DNA of 64,000 nucleotides from Octopus vulgaris (Eukaryota): assembly GCA_951406725.2 (NCBI GenBank), contig OX597818.1:115196001-115260000 (forward strand). The letters are read 5' to 3'. Every line of letters starts with the position of its first letter. The first letter of the stretch is position 1. Shown in pieces: positions 1 to 12,242 of the stretch. The position numbers and the translations under genes are program-made. Under the pieces are notes generated by a model. The model saw only the letters and a list, made by a program, of their open reading frames with translations, made no database searches and was not told the DNA's origin.

Positions 1-125
1 ACTTATATAATCGACCCCGAATGAAAGGCAAAGTCGACCTCGGCGGAATTTGAACTCAGGACATAAGGACAGACGAAATACGGCTACGCATTTCACCCGG
101 CGTGCTAACGTTTCTGCCAGCTCGC
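1..125 (-). mobile_element. SINE type A (tRNA-like head, Deu/Nin-like central domain), partial
   Basis: Reverse complement has gagctggcagaaacgttagc (A-box-like), gagttcaaattcc (B box) and gcctttcat...ggggtcgat; more than 15 copies in the window. Confidence 0.75.
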
Positions 126-949
126 TTCTCTGTTGAGAAGGGATATTGTTACGTGTTTATTTTTTTCTGATTTATACTGGTATTGTTATAACCTTGTTGT
201 CCACTTTATAAAGTGAGATATAGAGTGAGGTCAAAGGACATAACAGTGTCGACGAGACACAACACGAGTAAAAAAAAAAAAAAAACAATTGTCAAAAGCA
301 GAGATAAACACATAGAGCGAACGACTATCAAGCAACAGCGTACGGACTGGTATATTGTATGATCACTATCGATCACATGGGAACTATATTAGCAGGGCTC
401 ATAAGAAGACGAGAACGGGTTACATTTAGGGTATATCATGTGTTATGTTCATCAGAATTATTTTGATGGAAATTTGTGAACACTTTTACAATCGAATATT
501 GCTTTTATGTCACGTTGTAGCTACAATTTCTGTTGATATCGTAGTCCATATTATAGCGTCGGTGTTTTTCCTGGTTTTTTCGTTTATAAATTTAAAACTA
601 TACTGAAATAAACATCGAAACACCCTTAAAACGTTTAGACAGCTGGTTAACATTGTAGAACATCTACCATGTTTTATATTTTATCTATGTTTACTTCTGT
701 TTGCAAGAAAAACATGAAGTATATTTAAGAATCAGGACATCTGATCCGGGTGACTTTATATTGAGTTTCTGGTGCTGGATAATGTGAAGGGAATGTGCTT
801 GATATCATCTAGAATTCATTCTAATAAAGTCTTCTATTTTGTATAAAGATTCATCTCCATACACCTTAATTATATATATTAATATACATAAGTGTGTTCA
901 TGTATGTTTGTGTGGGTGTACGTACGTATATACTTACGTATGTATATAT

Positions 950-1200
950 GTCATTATTCAGTTTATTTCAAAATTTCTTGCAACTGGAGAAAGAACCAGT
1001 TTCTATCCTAGATCCAAGGCTCTTTCACTGGAATTTCAACATCAACAACAAAGGTATTTTTGTTTGAATGTTCAGAGGTTGTACAAAATAATGGAAACAC
1101 TTAGCATCATTGCATCATAATACATGCCTGTATGTGCAGATTTGTATGCTTTATGTATGTGTTCTCATACATACAGTGGCATATCTAGACATGCACATAT
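950..1200 (-). mobile_element. R4/Dong-like non-LTR retrotransposon 3' UTR fragment
   Basis: Matches the 3' ends at 17590-17680 and 18400-18640 (ggatctagg.tagaaac...aagaaat.ttgaaataaactgaataatgac); next to (TATG)n. Confidence 0.7.
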
Positions 1201-1635
1201 AAATTTTTTGTTGTATAATTTTTATCATGCATGTATGTATGTATGTATGTATGTATGTATGTATGTATGTATGTATGTATGTATGTATGTATGTATGTGT
1301 GTGTGTGTGTGTGTATGTGTATGTATCATGTGTGTATGTATGTGTATATATATGCTGTATTTTCCAACTTACAAGTCGAATTTTCAGGCTAAAACTGATA
1401 GCGAAAAATTGTAGGTCGACTTATACAACACGATGACATTGGGAGAGTGAAAAGTCCATATGGAATGCAGCATCGATTGGAAGCCTAGTGGCGGTGGTTA
1501 ACTCTTTACTCTACATGCTTACACCATACACAACGTCGACTCATATGCTGGAAAATACGAGACGTACGTGTGAGAGAGAGAGAAAGAAAGAGAGGGCACG
1601 TGTGTGTGTGAGAGAGAGAGAGAGAGAAAGAGAGG

Positions 1636-1695
<60 letters not shown>

Positions 1696-1744
1696 ATAAA
1701 CTTAGACTCAGCGGTGTGTTATATTCTTTTCTACTCTAGATACC

Positions 1745-1937
1745 TGGCCCGAAATTTTGGGGAAGGGGGCCAGTCGATTAGATCTACCCCAATACGTAAC
1801 TGGTGCTTAATTCATCATCCCCGAAATGATGAAAGGCAAAGACGACCTCGGCGAAATTTGAACTTTGAACGTAACGGCAGACGAAATACTGCTAAGCATT
1901 TCACCCGGCGTGCTGACGTTTCTGCCAGCCCGCCGCC
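1745..1937 (-). mobile_element. SINE type A
   Basis: Homologous to the other type A copies. Confidence 0.75.
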
Positions 1938-1999
1938 TTGGTATGCGCGTTATATTAGAACGCAAATGTGTGTCTGTGTGGATATCTATGTTTGTATGT

Positions 2000-2720
2000 T
2001 CTTATTAAGTTTTATTTCAAGATTTCTTGCCAATAGAGAAAGAGCCGGTTTCTAACCTAGATCCAGGGTTCCTTCATTGGAACTTCAGCATCAACAACAG
2101 GGTATTTTTGTATGTTTGTGTATATATATATATATATATATATATGCAGATTTTTATATTTCATGTATGTATTCTCATGCGTATAGTTGCATATCTAGAC
2201 ATGCTCATGTATACTTAAATGATAAACTTCAGGAAAGTTTTACAGACTTTTACACTTCCAGTGATGGATTGGATCTGCAGTCTTCGAATTAGCTTTCTCC
2301 TTTCTGGTTTTGAGAAGCCTAATTTCTCAAGATTGGTATTTAGGCCGTGTGTTACACATCCCAGAGTCCCAATAATTACAGGTATGAACCTGAACTTGTA
2401 ACCTGGATAGAGTGACTACAGATTTTTCAATAGTTTGGCGTAGGTGTTCTCTTTTTCACTGATCTTCACCTTTATGTTAAAATCCGCTGGGCAGCTAATT
2501 TCCAAAACTGTCTACAGTTTCTCTTCTCTATCCCAAATCATTATATCAGGTCTATTGTGTTTACATTTTATTGAGGTCTTCACTGGGACATTCCACCAGT
2601 ATTTCTTTTTAGTATTAGTGGCTATGGCTTCTACTATATTGTGGCTTCTTATTTCTTTGTCCTCGGGGTTATCCATCCGACGTATTTCATTATATAGTGT
2701 CCTAGATAATACCGAGATAA
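2000..2720 (-). mobile_element. R4/Dong-like RLE retrotransposon, 3' part (degenerate)
   Basis: Minus strand reads YWWNVPVKTSIKCKHNRPDIMIWDREEKL*TVLEISCPADFNIKVKISEKENTY...FRFIPVIIGTLG: a PD-(D/E)xK restriction-like endonuclease with stop codons, followed by the 3' UTR. Confidence 0.85.
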
Positions 2721-3228
2721 CATTTTCGGACAGCTGCTTATGATGTGGGTGTTATCTTCAGTGTTAACTCCACAAAGTCTGCATCGGTTGTCACATTTTA
2801 CTGCTTTTCCTGTCATTTTTGTTGGTGTACAGTAATCACTCGCACATCGCGGTTCACCTACTGTTCCCTCAGTACATCGCAGATTTTTCTGGCTAATATA
2901 TATATAAATTTATATCGCGGACTCCACACGGCCGATAGGTTTTTATATTTTTCTATATTTTAATTATTTCTGTGATAAAATAAGCATTTTTACGCCTATA
3001 AATTAATAACTTAATAAATAAAAATACAGTACAGCACTGTATAACATATTAATTAGGATCTTTTCCTTTTGATGGACGGAATTTTCTAGTTAACTAAACA
3101 ATTTGAAACTTCGTATACTGGTAGAATGTGTCAAAAGAAAACATTACTGTAAACAAAATTGAAAACAAAACTGTAATTTGTAAGTTTAACGTAGTTTAAT
3201 TCTTCGAATTTTAACCAATGAAATCCCA

Positions 3229-3575
3229 GCAAAGTGTCTTCTGCTATAGCCCCGGGCCGACCAATGCCTTGTGAGTGGATTTGGTAGACGGAAACTGAAA
3301 GAATCCTGTCGTATATATGTATATATATATGTGTGTGTGTGTGTGTGTTTGTGTATATGTTTGTGTGTCTGTGTTTGTCCACCTAGCATTGCTTGACAAC
3401 CGATGTTGGTGTGTTTACGTCCCCGTCACTTAGCGGTTCGGCAAAAGAGACCGATAGAATAAGTACTGGGCTTACAAAGAATAAGTCCCGGGGTCGATTT
3501 GCTCGACTAAAGGCGGTGCTCCAGCATGGCCGCAGTCAAATGACTGAAACAAGTAAATGAGTAAAGAGTAAAGAG
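3229..3575 (+). mobile_element. SINE type B, 5'-truncated
   Basis: Matches 8950-9262. Confidence 0.8.
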
Positions 3576-4112
3576 ATTCAGTAAGACATTTAAATTTTTT
3601 GGTTTTCATGTTTATTATTTTTTTAAGTTTTGTATGATTTGTTATAAAAATATTGTCAGATTCAAAATGATGGTTCACTTCTTCACTTTTTATGTTTATT
3701 AATTTTTACATTTGTTTTATTGAGGGTTAAGCAATTTTTTTAATTGAAGGAGATAACCAAAAGTCCCGATATTTCTTATAAAACAGGGGGAGATAACCCA
3801 ACTTTTTAACCAAAAAGTACAAGAGATCTACCGTTGTCGATTTAATGAACAACGACCTTAAAGTGCATAATCTTGTGTCATAGAAATTACAATAAATTCA
3901 CCATTACAATAAATTCACTTCCGTGGTGGCATATGGTGATTTTCATTTTAATGTTACCCATTAATACAGAACACGGAGAGAATTTTTAAAACTGTTTTGA
4001 GTACATTAGAGTAATCGATATTTTTGCTATGCCATACACGTAAATAAAATACAGGCACACACAAGTTTCCTTTTCAATAACTGCATCAAATGTATTTGCC
4101 TATTATTATTAT

Positions 4113-4149
<37 letters not shown>

Positions 4150-4150
<1 letters not shown>

Positions 4151-4560
4151 AGGCGGTGTGCTGGCAGAATTGTTAGCACGTCGACTAAAATCGTCTGTCT
4201 TTACGTTCTGAGTTCAAATTCCGCCGAGGTTGGCTTTGCCTTTCATCCATTTTTTTGGTGGGGTGCGATAAATTAAGTACCAGTTGCGTACTAGGGTCGA
4301 TCTAATCGACTTCCCCCCCTCCTCCCACACCCCAAATTTCAGGCCTTGTGCCATGAGTAGAAAAGAATCTTTAGGGCGCTGGACGAAATGCTTAGCAGCA
4401 TTTTGCCCGTCGCTACGTTCTGAGTTCAAATTCCGCCGAGGTCGACTTCGCCTTTCATCCATTCGGGGTCGATAAATTAAGTACCAGTTGATTACTGGGG
4501 TCGATGTAATCGACTTAATCCCTTTCCCAAATTTCAGGCCTTGTGCTTATAGTAGAAAGG
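4150..4560 (+). mobile_element. SINE type A, two tandem copies between (TAG)n and (ATT)n
   Basis: Two gagttcaaattccgccgagg...aagtaccag units. Confidence 0.78.
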
Positions 4561-4599
<39 letters not shown>

Positions 4600-5103
4600 G
4601 GTAGTTGTTGCTTCCTACATTTTACCTTCTGATTTCAACTTCCGCCGGCATCAGCTTTGCTTTTTATCCCTCCGATGTCGATGAAATTATAAACATGAAC
4701 ATACTAATGAAGAACTGGAGGTGATGGTAATACTATCCATTATTCTCCTCAAAATTGCTGGCATCATGCTTAAGCTAGAAGCCATTATTTGTAACACGTT
4801 ATTTTTACATAATTCATTTGACGGACTCCAAACGTGTTTAGACGTTTAATCAAAACATAAGGTTTATTAAAGCATGCCACGTGTGGAACTGACAACATAA
4901 TTACCAAATTAATCCATCGCCATTTTTTATGTTTCTTATGCTACGATCCTTAAATACAATATCAAATGTTATTCTCTAAAGGTTACATACTACTAACATC
5001 CTGTGACCTCTGGTTTCGTCACTTCCTGTTGTTTTTTTACGACTCCGTCAATGTTTAAGTTGTGCCAAAATAGTCGAGGTTTTAGTTTTACTTTTTCATT
5101 TTA

Positions 5104-5574
5104 CTAGCACTATCGCCCGGCGTTGCTCGGGTTTGTTTCGACCCTTTAGAATTGGAATGTTTGAAAAGTAAAAATTTTGCATTATGTGAACATTTTTCTG
5201 GTTAAAATACACCGAAAAATGGCGACACAGCAAAAAATCGTACAAAATAGGGATTTTCATAGAAAAAAAAGCACCTTTTGATGTAAATAATTTTTGGTGT
5301 TAACATGGTCCGATTTGATTTGTTTTCTTCTACGGAATGAAGAGCAAGCTTTCTTTTATCATACTCTCAATTTTGGTCAACTTGCACCGCAGGGTCTCGG
5401 AGAAGATAGTGTTAGTTTTTTATGTTTGTTATGCTACGATCCTTAAATACGATATCAAATGTTATTCTCTAAAGGTTACATACTACTAACATCCTGTGAC
5501 CTCTGGTTTCGTCACTTCCTGTTGTTTTTTTACCAAACCTGCTATACACAGACAACTTCAGCTTTATATAGAGA
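5104..5574 (-). mobile_element. Non-autonomous Helitron
   Basis: Minus strand A|TCtctatataaagctgaag...cccgagcaacgccggg hairpin...CTAG|T; second copy at 27767-28136. Confidence 0.8.
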
Positions 5575-7754
5575 TTCGTAATGGTGTAGGATGTTTAGTG
5601 GTTGTTGTACTAAGGACGTTGGTTGTAGTTACGATTGCCGGTGGTTACTCGATTGCAAGCGCTGGTTTCTGTTACAATTGACGTACGATTCGAAATTGCT
5701 AAGAATCTAATTTGGGTTTCTAGGACACGAAGCTCCTAAAACCGAAAATTAAAAAAAAACTGGATGAGTAAGACATGAACTTGGCAGATATATAAATATT
5801 TCGACAAGATAGAAAAACTGAAACTGGATTCCTTTAATTACACCTCTTCTAGGTTCATTGATATTCTGTTTAAATTATTCATGTCGGTATTTCCGTTGCC
5901 GGCACGCAACGCTATTTCATTACGGAAAGAGAATATGATAAGGGAATATAATCAAACAAGTCACGCAACTACTAGAACTGCAACAATACTTACGACAGTC
6001 GTATTGTCATCGAAAGAGATCTACATGGTCGTGCGAACTGCTAGAAATAGAAACGAAATGTTCTTTACATTTTGCACAACACTCCATGAAAACAACACAT
6101 TAAATAATGCGAGCTTAGTTTAAACTGTGTCTGGATGAAAGCAGGGAAGGTCACAGGTGGAATGGCCGTCAAGATAGTATCTTTATGTAAATAACAGTTG
6201 CAACAGCAACAACACCGCATCAGTCAACATCATACCATTTGACTATCATACTACTACAGTTTCGGTACTTTTGGTTACCCTCGTACGAGAGGGGCGTGCG
6301 CGAGGTGGGTGAGTGCCATCACGAGCCGGCCCTCCCTCAAAGAGCATAAGCTCTCTCACCACGACAAGGTAGAACCGGAGTAGCCGCCTGCTCGTCACTA
6401 ATTAGATGACGAGGCATTTGGATACATTAAGAGCCTCAGCCACTAATACACTGCATGCCATTCCTAAAATGACCACCACAGTTGTACAGCTAGATCAGAT
6501 ATGAAACTGTAACACCGCCGCTTATTTGGCGTCGCAGATTCGGCGCTGGATTATTCGACATTAGACTTTTTCATGTTTCTCTCGTTCTCCACCCGCACAC
6601 ACACACACACTCTCTCCCTCCTGCCTACCCCCCTCTCTCTCTCTCTCTCTCTTCCTGTCTTTCTGTCTCTTTACTCTCTCAGTATATTTCTCTTTCTGTG
6701 AATGAGGACAGGGAAGGTGTTAGTCATATTCAGTCAATAAATTGTTAAATCCCTCTCTTTCTTTTTCTCTTTCTCTCACTCTAGCTGTAGCCGCTTATTT
6801 CTGCGTGCATGCGTGTGAGTATATGCATGTATGCATATGTGTGCGTGCATGTGTGTATGTGTGTGTGCACGCGCGCGCGCGTGTGTGTGTGTGTGTGTGT
6901 TTGCCTCCAGCGCTAAGACATACAATCGCGAAAACAGGTTCAATGCTCAATCAACCGTACCAGATCATCGGCGTCCAAACAGCTGCGCCCGATCGTCTCA
7001 ATCCGGATTTATAGATTTCATATTTACAATTGTAATCAGAAGGAGGGAAATATCAAGATCGCGGTTATCTTCACGGTAGGAGGACAAGTTAAGCAGCGAA
7101 AGTTGGCCATGAGCTTGGCTCAATAAAGGTGTGATATCATAATGGATATTAATATCTAACGTGAGAGTATCTGCGTTTGTTATGATGAATTAGGAGTCCA
7201 AGTTAAAATAGCTCCGAAAATGTGGAAGGATGGAACGATAATAGTTGTAACAATTTCTTTTCATGGGTCAGCTCATTTAAACCAGTCTGGAGTTAAACAG
7301 AAGTTGCAGTAAAAATAACAAAACAGCAAGAAAAATCACATGGAGTAACATCTTTGTGAATTGTCCCTTTATTAAGTTTCAAAAGACCAAGAAAAAAACA
7401 ACGTATGTTTCTATAATAACAGAAGGGATTTTCAGAAATAAGGATTGTAGTTTGACTATCAAGATATTGAAACTTGGTGAATAGTTAGTAAAATTTTTTT
7501 TAAATAAAACGTAGGAACAGCTGCCCCGGATAATAATAAGAAATAAGATACCATCTCGGTTTATGCTTATGTCAGTCGTAAATTGAACTGGAAACAGTTT
7601 ATTACACAATTTGGTTTACTCGCGAAAGAAAATAAAGCTAAAGTATCGAAGATGCGTCATAACGTGTGTGTTTGTGTGTGTGTGTCGATCAGCTACCTCA
7701 ATAGGTAACAGCTGATTCTTATTGTTCTTCTTAATTTTTCTTCTTTTTACTCTG

Positions 7755-8315
7755 GGCACAAGGCCCGAAACTTTTGGAGAGGGGACCCAGTCGATTACAT
7801 CGAACCCAGTGCGTAACTGGTACTTAATTTATCGACCCTGAAAGGATGAAAGGCAAAGTCGACCTCGGCGGAATTTGAACTCAGAACGTAACGGAAGACG
7901 AAATACCTATTTCTTTACTACCCACAAGTGGCTAAACACAGAGGAGACAAACAAGGACAGACAAACGGATTAAGTCGATTACATCGACCCCAGTGCGTAA
8001 CTGGTACTTAATTTATCGACCCCGAAAGGATGAAAGGCAAAGTCGACCTCGGCGGAATTTGAACTCAGAACGTAACGGAAGACGAAATACCTATTTCTTT
8101 ACTACCCACAAGTGGCTAAACACAGAGAGGACAAACAAGGACAGACAAAGGGATTAAGTCGATTACATCGACCCCAGTGCGTAACTGGTACTTATTTAAT
8201 CGACCCTGAAAGGATGAAAGGCGAAGTCGACCTCGGCGGAATTTGAACTTAGAACGTAACGGCAGACGACAACCCGCTAAGCATTTTGCCCTGCGTGCTA
8301 ACGTTTCTACCAGAT
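7755..8315 (-). mobile_element. SINE type A tandem trimer (unit about 181 bp)
   Basis: Three units joined at the identical junction gaaatac|ctatttcttt. Confidence 0.82.
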
Positions 8316-8870
8316 CACTTCCTTTTTTCTTCTTAATTTTGAAGAGTCAATGAGTTCAAATGATGTTATGAGACGCAATACTTTTGACAGAGATAAGACA
8401 CGTTTGAGCATTTGTATGTAGAAACCTTAATGAATCTCAAGAAGCATAAAATAAGATATTCTGAAGGAAACACCTTGTAGAATTTTTCTTTTTTTTTTTT
8501 GCTTTTTTATCAAAGATATAATGTCTGTCACGTATGCATAATGTTCTTTAGTGTTGCTACGTAGTTTCTCGACCTGCTAGTCCTATCACCCAAATTTCTT
8601 GGGACCTTCATCCTTCGTGGAAATATGGTGCATACGGAACTACCTTAAAGGCTAGGCTAGGCTAACTGCATATGTGTCACCTTAATCAAAGCTGGTTTAG
8701 TGTTGCACAAGAAACAAGAATATTCTAAATCTTAAAAACAAAATGGTCAGCGAACACAAAATTTCGTTCGTTACCAGCATTAAATCGATATTTGGAACAA
8801 ATATATTTTAATTATAGTTAAATATTTCTTTGTGTACTATTTTTTATTTTTTTTGCTTAAAAGGTATATA

Positions 8871-9262
8871 GGCGCAGGAGTGGCTGTGTGGTAAGTAGCT
8901 TGCTAACCAGCCACATGGTTCAGGGTTCAGTCCCACTGCGTGGCACCTTGGGCAAGTGTCTTCTACTATAGCCCCGGGCCGACCAATGCCTTGTGAGTGG
9001 ATTTGGTAGACGGAAACTGAAAGAAGCCCGTCGTATATATGTATATATATATGTGTGTGTGTTTGTGTGTCTGTGTTTGTCCCCCTAGCATTGCTTGACA
9101 ACCGATGCTGGCGTGTTTATGTCCCTGTCACTTAGCTGTTCGGCAAAAGAGACCGATAGAATAAGTACTGGGCTTACAAAGAATAAGTCCTTGGGTCTAG
9201 TTGCTCGACTAAAGGCGGTGCTCCAGCAAGGCCGCAGTCAAATGACTGAAACAAGTAAAAGA
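8871..9262 (+). mobile_element. SINE type B (tRNA-like head, CORE-like accttgggcaagtg, internal TA/TG microsatellite), full length
   Basis: ggcgcaggagtggctgtgtggtaag...gggttcagtccc...accttgggcaagtgtc...aatgactgaaacaagtaaaa; about 12 copies in the window. Confidence 0.82.
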
Positions 9263-9753
9263 TAAAATAAATAAATAGTAATGATGGTGGAAATATTGCT
9301 AAATATCAAACTTAAATTCCACCTTAAAAGATTAGAGGAAAGAGCGTGATGTCAGAGATGTATCATCGAGAGCAGTGGTTCTCAACGTGGACAGTATTGC
9401 ACCAGTGGTGGGATAGAAAGTCCCAAGGGGTCGTTGGAGAAAAGTGGAGTGATAATGGAGTAGAGATTCATGAAAAAAGCAACAAAATAATGGGTTGATT
9501 AGGTTAATTTTTACTTGTGAAATACAGTTGCTTTGAATTTGCTTTAGAAAGAGGTTTATGTTTGTGATGGTCAGTTGAGATGGTGGGGGTGCTATGAATG
9601 TGGGCTGGGTGTGAAGGGGGTGGCAGCTCGAAAGAGTTAGGGAACCACTGATCAAGAGAATCGGTAGCTTTAACTTCAAGTCAGAATTCATCAACTGATC
9701 ATCAAAAGTATTCCAGTCATGACAATCTCATTTTATTTATCTAAGGCTACACA

Positions 9754-10100
9754 GGCGCAGGAGTGGCTGTGTGGTAAGAGGCTTGCTTCCCAACCACATG
9801 GTTCAGGGTTCAGTCTCACTGTGTGGCACCTTGGACAAGTGTCTTCTGCTATGGCCTCGGGCCGACCAAAGACTTGTGAGTGGATTTGGTAGACGGAAAC
9901 TGAAAGAAATCCGTTGTATATATATATATATATATATATATACCAACTTCACGGCAGGAGGTGCAGATGAGGGCAGCTGCATCGAACTCTCTCATGCATC
10001 AGATGGCGTTTGCTAAAAAGCATCCGTGAGGTAAAATCGTGTAGCAAACCAAATGGCGGTGCCCCAGCATGGCCACAGCTCTTTAGCTGAAACTGGAAAA
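9754..10100 (+). mobile_element. SINE type B head with variant 3' half
   Basis: 5' half matches the 8871 copy; after the TA tract the sequence differs but ends in ggcggtgccccagcatggcc...ctgaaac. Confidence 0.7.
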
Positions 10101-10108
10101 ATCAAAAT

Positions 10109-10146
<38 letters not shown>

Positions 10147-10297
10147 AATATAAGAGAGTGGTCACTATATTGCTCACTCTAGCACCAGTTAATCCAAAAG
10201 GTTTCAACCACGAAAATACATGCTTACCATGAAAGTCAGTACGATTGTTAGCTCACACGGACAGGGCAAATAAAAAATAACAAAAATACAGATTATT

Positions 10298-10375
10298 TTG
10301 GGACAATTGTTTCGCTATTAATGAATTAAATGTAATTTTACTTACAAAAAAATCCATTTGTAGCTCGTCAGCCAA
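10298..10375 (-). ncRNA. Type I hammerhead ribozyme (predicted), inverted copy
   Basis: Reverse complement of the same motif in the left arm of the array. Confidence 0.83.
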
Positions 10376-11278
10376 GACTATCTGGATGAAATCCACTCAA
10401 TCACACGCCAGATTTTACCATAACGATAAATACGCGTGTGGTTCAATTGATTACATCCGACGTTATAATTCAAATGCCCCAACCAACAGCGCGCCAAACT
10501 TTCACGGAAAACAAATACAGCATTTAGAAATAAATGCAGCATAATTATAATTAATTAATAAGGGTGAGAGAATTAGATACTAATTTAATAGTATATTTAT
10601 TCAACACCAAGTGGCCTAGTGCTTCGAGAAACCTGGATTATTATAATATTTTATAACATATTATAATATTTTTACAAAATAAATATAAGAGAGTGGTCAC
10701 TATATTGCTCACTCTAGCACCAGTTAATCCAAAAGGTTTCAACCACGAAAATACATGCTTACCATGAAAGTCAGTACGATTGTTTTTCACACGGACAGGG
10801 CAAATAAAAAATAACAAAAATACAGATTATTATTTTTGTTATTTTTTATTTGCCCTGTCCGTGTGAGCTAACAATCGTACTGACTTTCATGGTAAGCATG
10901 TATTTTCGTGGTTGAAACCTTTTGGATTAACTGGTGCTAGAGTGAGCAATATAGTGACCACTCTCTTATATTTATTTTGTAAAAATATTATAATATGTTA
11001 TAAAATATTATAATAATCCAGGTTTCTCGAAGCACTAGGCCACTTGGTGTTGAATAAATATACTATTAAATTAGTATCTAATTCTCTCACCCTTATTAAT
11101 TAATTATAATTATGCTGCATTTATTTCTAAATGCTGTATTTGTTTTCCGTGAAAGTTTGGCGCGCTGTTGGTTGGGGCATTTGAATTATAACGTCGGATG
11201 TAATCAATTGAACCACACGCGTATTTATCGTTATGGTAAAATCTGGCGTGTGATTGAGTGGATTTCATCCAGATAGTC

Positions 11279-11357
11279 TTGGCTGACGAGCTACAAATGG
11301 ATTTTTTTTGTAAGTAAAATTACATTTAATTCATTAATAGCGAAACAATTGTCCCAA
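11279..11357 (+). ncRNA. Type I hammerhead ribozyme (predicted)
   Basis: ttgg-CTGACGA-gcta-[44 nt loop]-tagc-GAAA-caattg-TC-ccaa: intact core, stems I and II, palindromic short stem III; predicted cleavage after 11353. Confidence 0.85.
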
Positions 11358-11815
11358 AATAATCTGTATTTTTGTTATTTTTTTATTTGCCCTGTCCGTG
11401 TGAGCTAACAATCGTACTGACTTTCATGGTAAGCATGTATTTTCGTGGTTGAAACCTTTTGGATTAACTGGTGCTAGAGTGAGCAATATAGTGACCACTC
11501 TCTTATATTTATTTTGTAAAAATATTATAATATGTTATAAAATATTATAATAATCCAGGTTTCTCGAAGCACTAGGCCACTTGGTGTTGAATAAATATAC
11601 TATTAAATTAGTATCTAATTCTCTCACCCTTATTAATTAATTATAATTATGCTGCATTTATTTCTAAATGCTGTATTTGTTTTCCGTGAAAGTTTGGCGC
11701 GCTGTTGGTTGGGGCATTTGAATTATAACGTCGGATGTAATCAATTGAACCACACGCGTATTTATCGTTATGGTAAAATCTGGCGTGTGATTGAGTGGAT
11801 TTCATCCAGATAGTC

Positions 11816-11894
11816 TTGGCTGACGAGCTACAAATGGATTTTTTTTGTAAGTAAAATTACATTTAATTCATTAATAGCGAAACAATTGTCCCAA
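11816..11894 (+). ncRNA. Type I hammerhead ribozyme (predicted), second tandem copy
   Basis: Same motif as 11279-11357; predicted cleavage after 11890. Confidence 0.85.
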
Positions 11895-12172
11895 AATAAT
11901 CTGTATTTTTGTTATTTTTTATTTGCCCTGTCCGTGTGAGCTAACAATCGTACTGACTTTCATGGTAAGCATGTATTTTCGTGGTTGAAACCTTTTGGAT
12001 TAACTGGTGCTAGAGTGAGCAATATAGTGACCACTCTCTTATATTTATTTTGTAAAAATATTATAATATGTTATAAAATATTATAATAATCCAGGTTTCT
12101 CGAAGCACTAGGCCACTTGGTGTTGAATAAATATACTATTAAATTAGTATCTAATTCTCTCACCCTTATTAA

Positions 12173-12203
<31 letters not shown>

Positions 12204-12242
12204 GGTGAGAAAGTTGGTGTGTGAAAGCACGTGGTTGGATAT

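Larger units (their letters stand above)
10141..12180. mobile_element. Head-to-head array of near-identical 536-537 bp hammerhead-containing units (Penelope pLTR/retrozyme-like) in (TA)n
   Basis: Left arm 10141-10831 (about 1.3 units, minus sense) and right arm 10831-12180 (about 2.5 units, plus sense; units start 10831, 11367, 11904). (TA)n on both sides; no ORF in the track. Confidence 0.88.

Noticed and set aside
2828-3040. Tigger/pogo-like terminus tacagtaatcactcgcacatcgcggttc
   Set aside because: No matching second TIR or transposase remnant was found.
6280-7090. Relatively GC/CpG-rich stretch, possible promoter or 5' exon
   Set aside because: No ORF, splice chain or core motif can be tied to a gene from the sequence alone.
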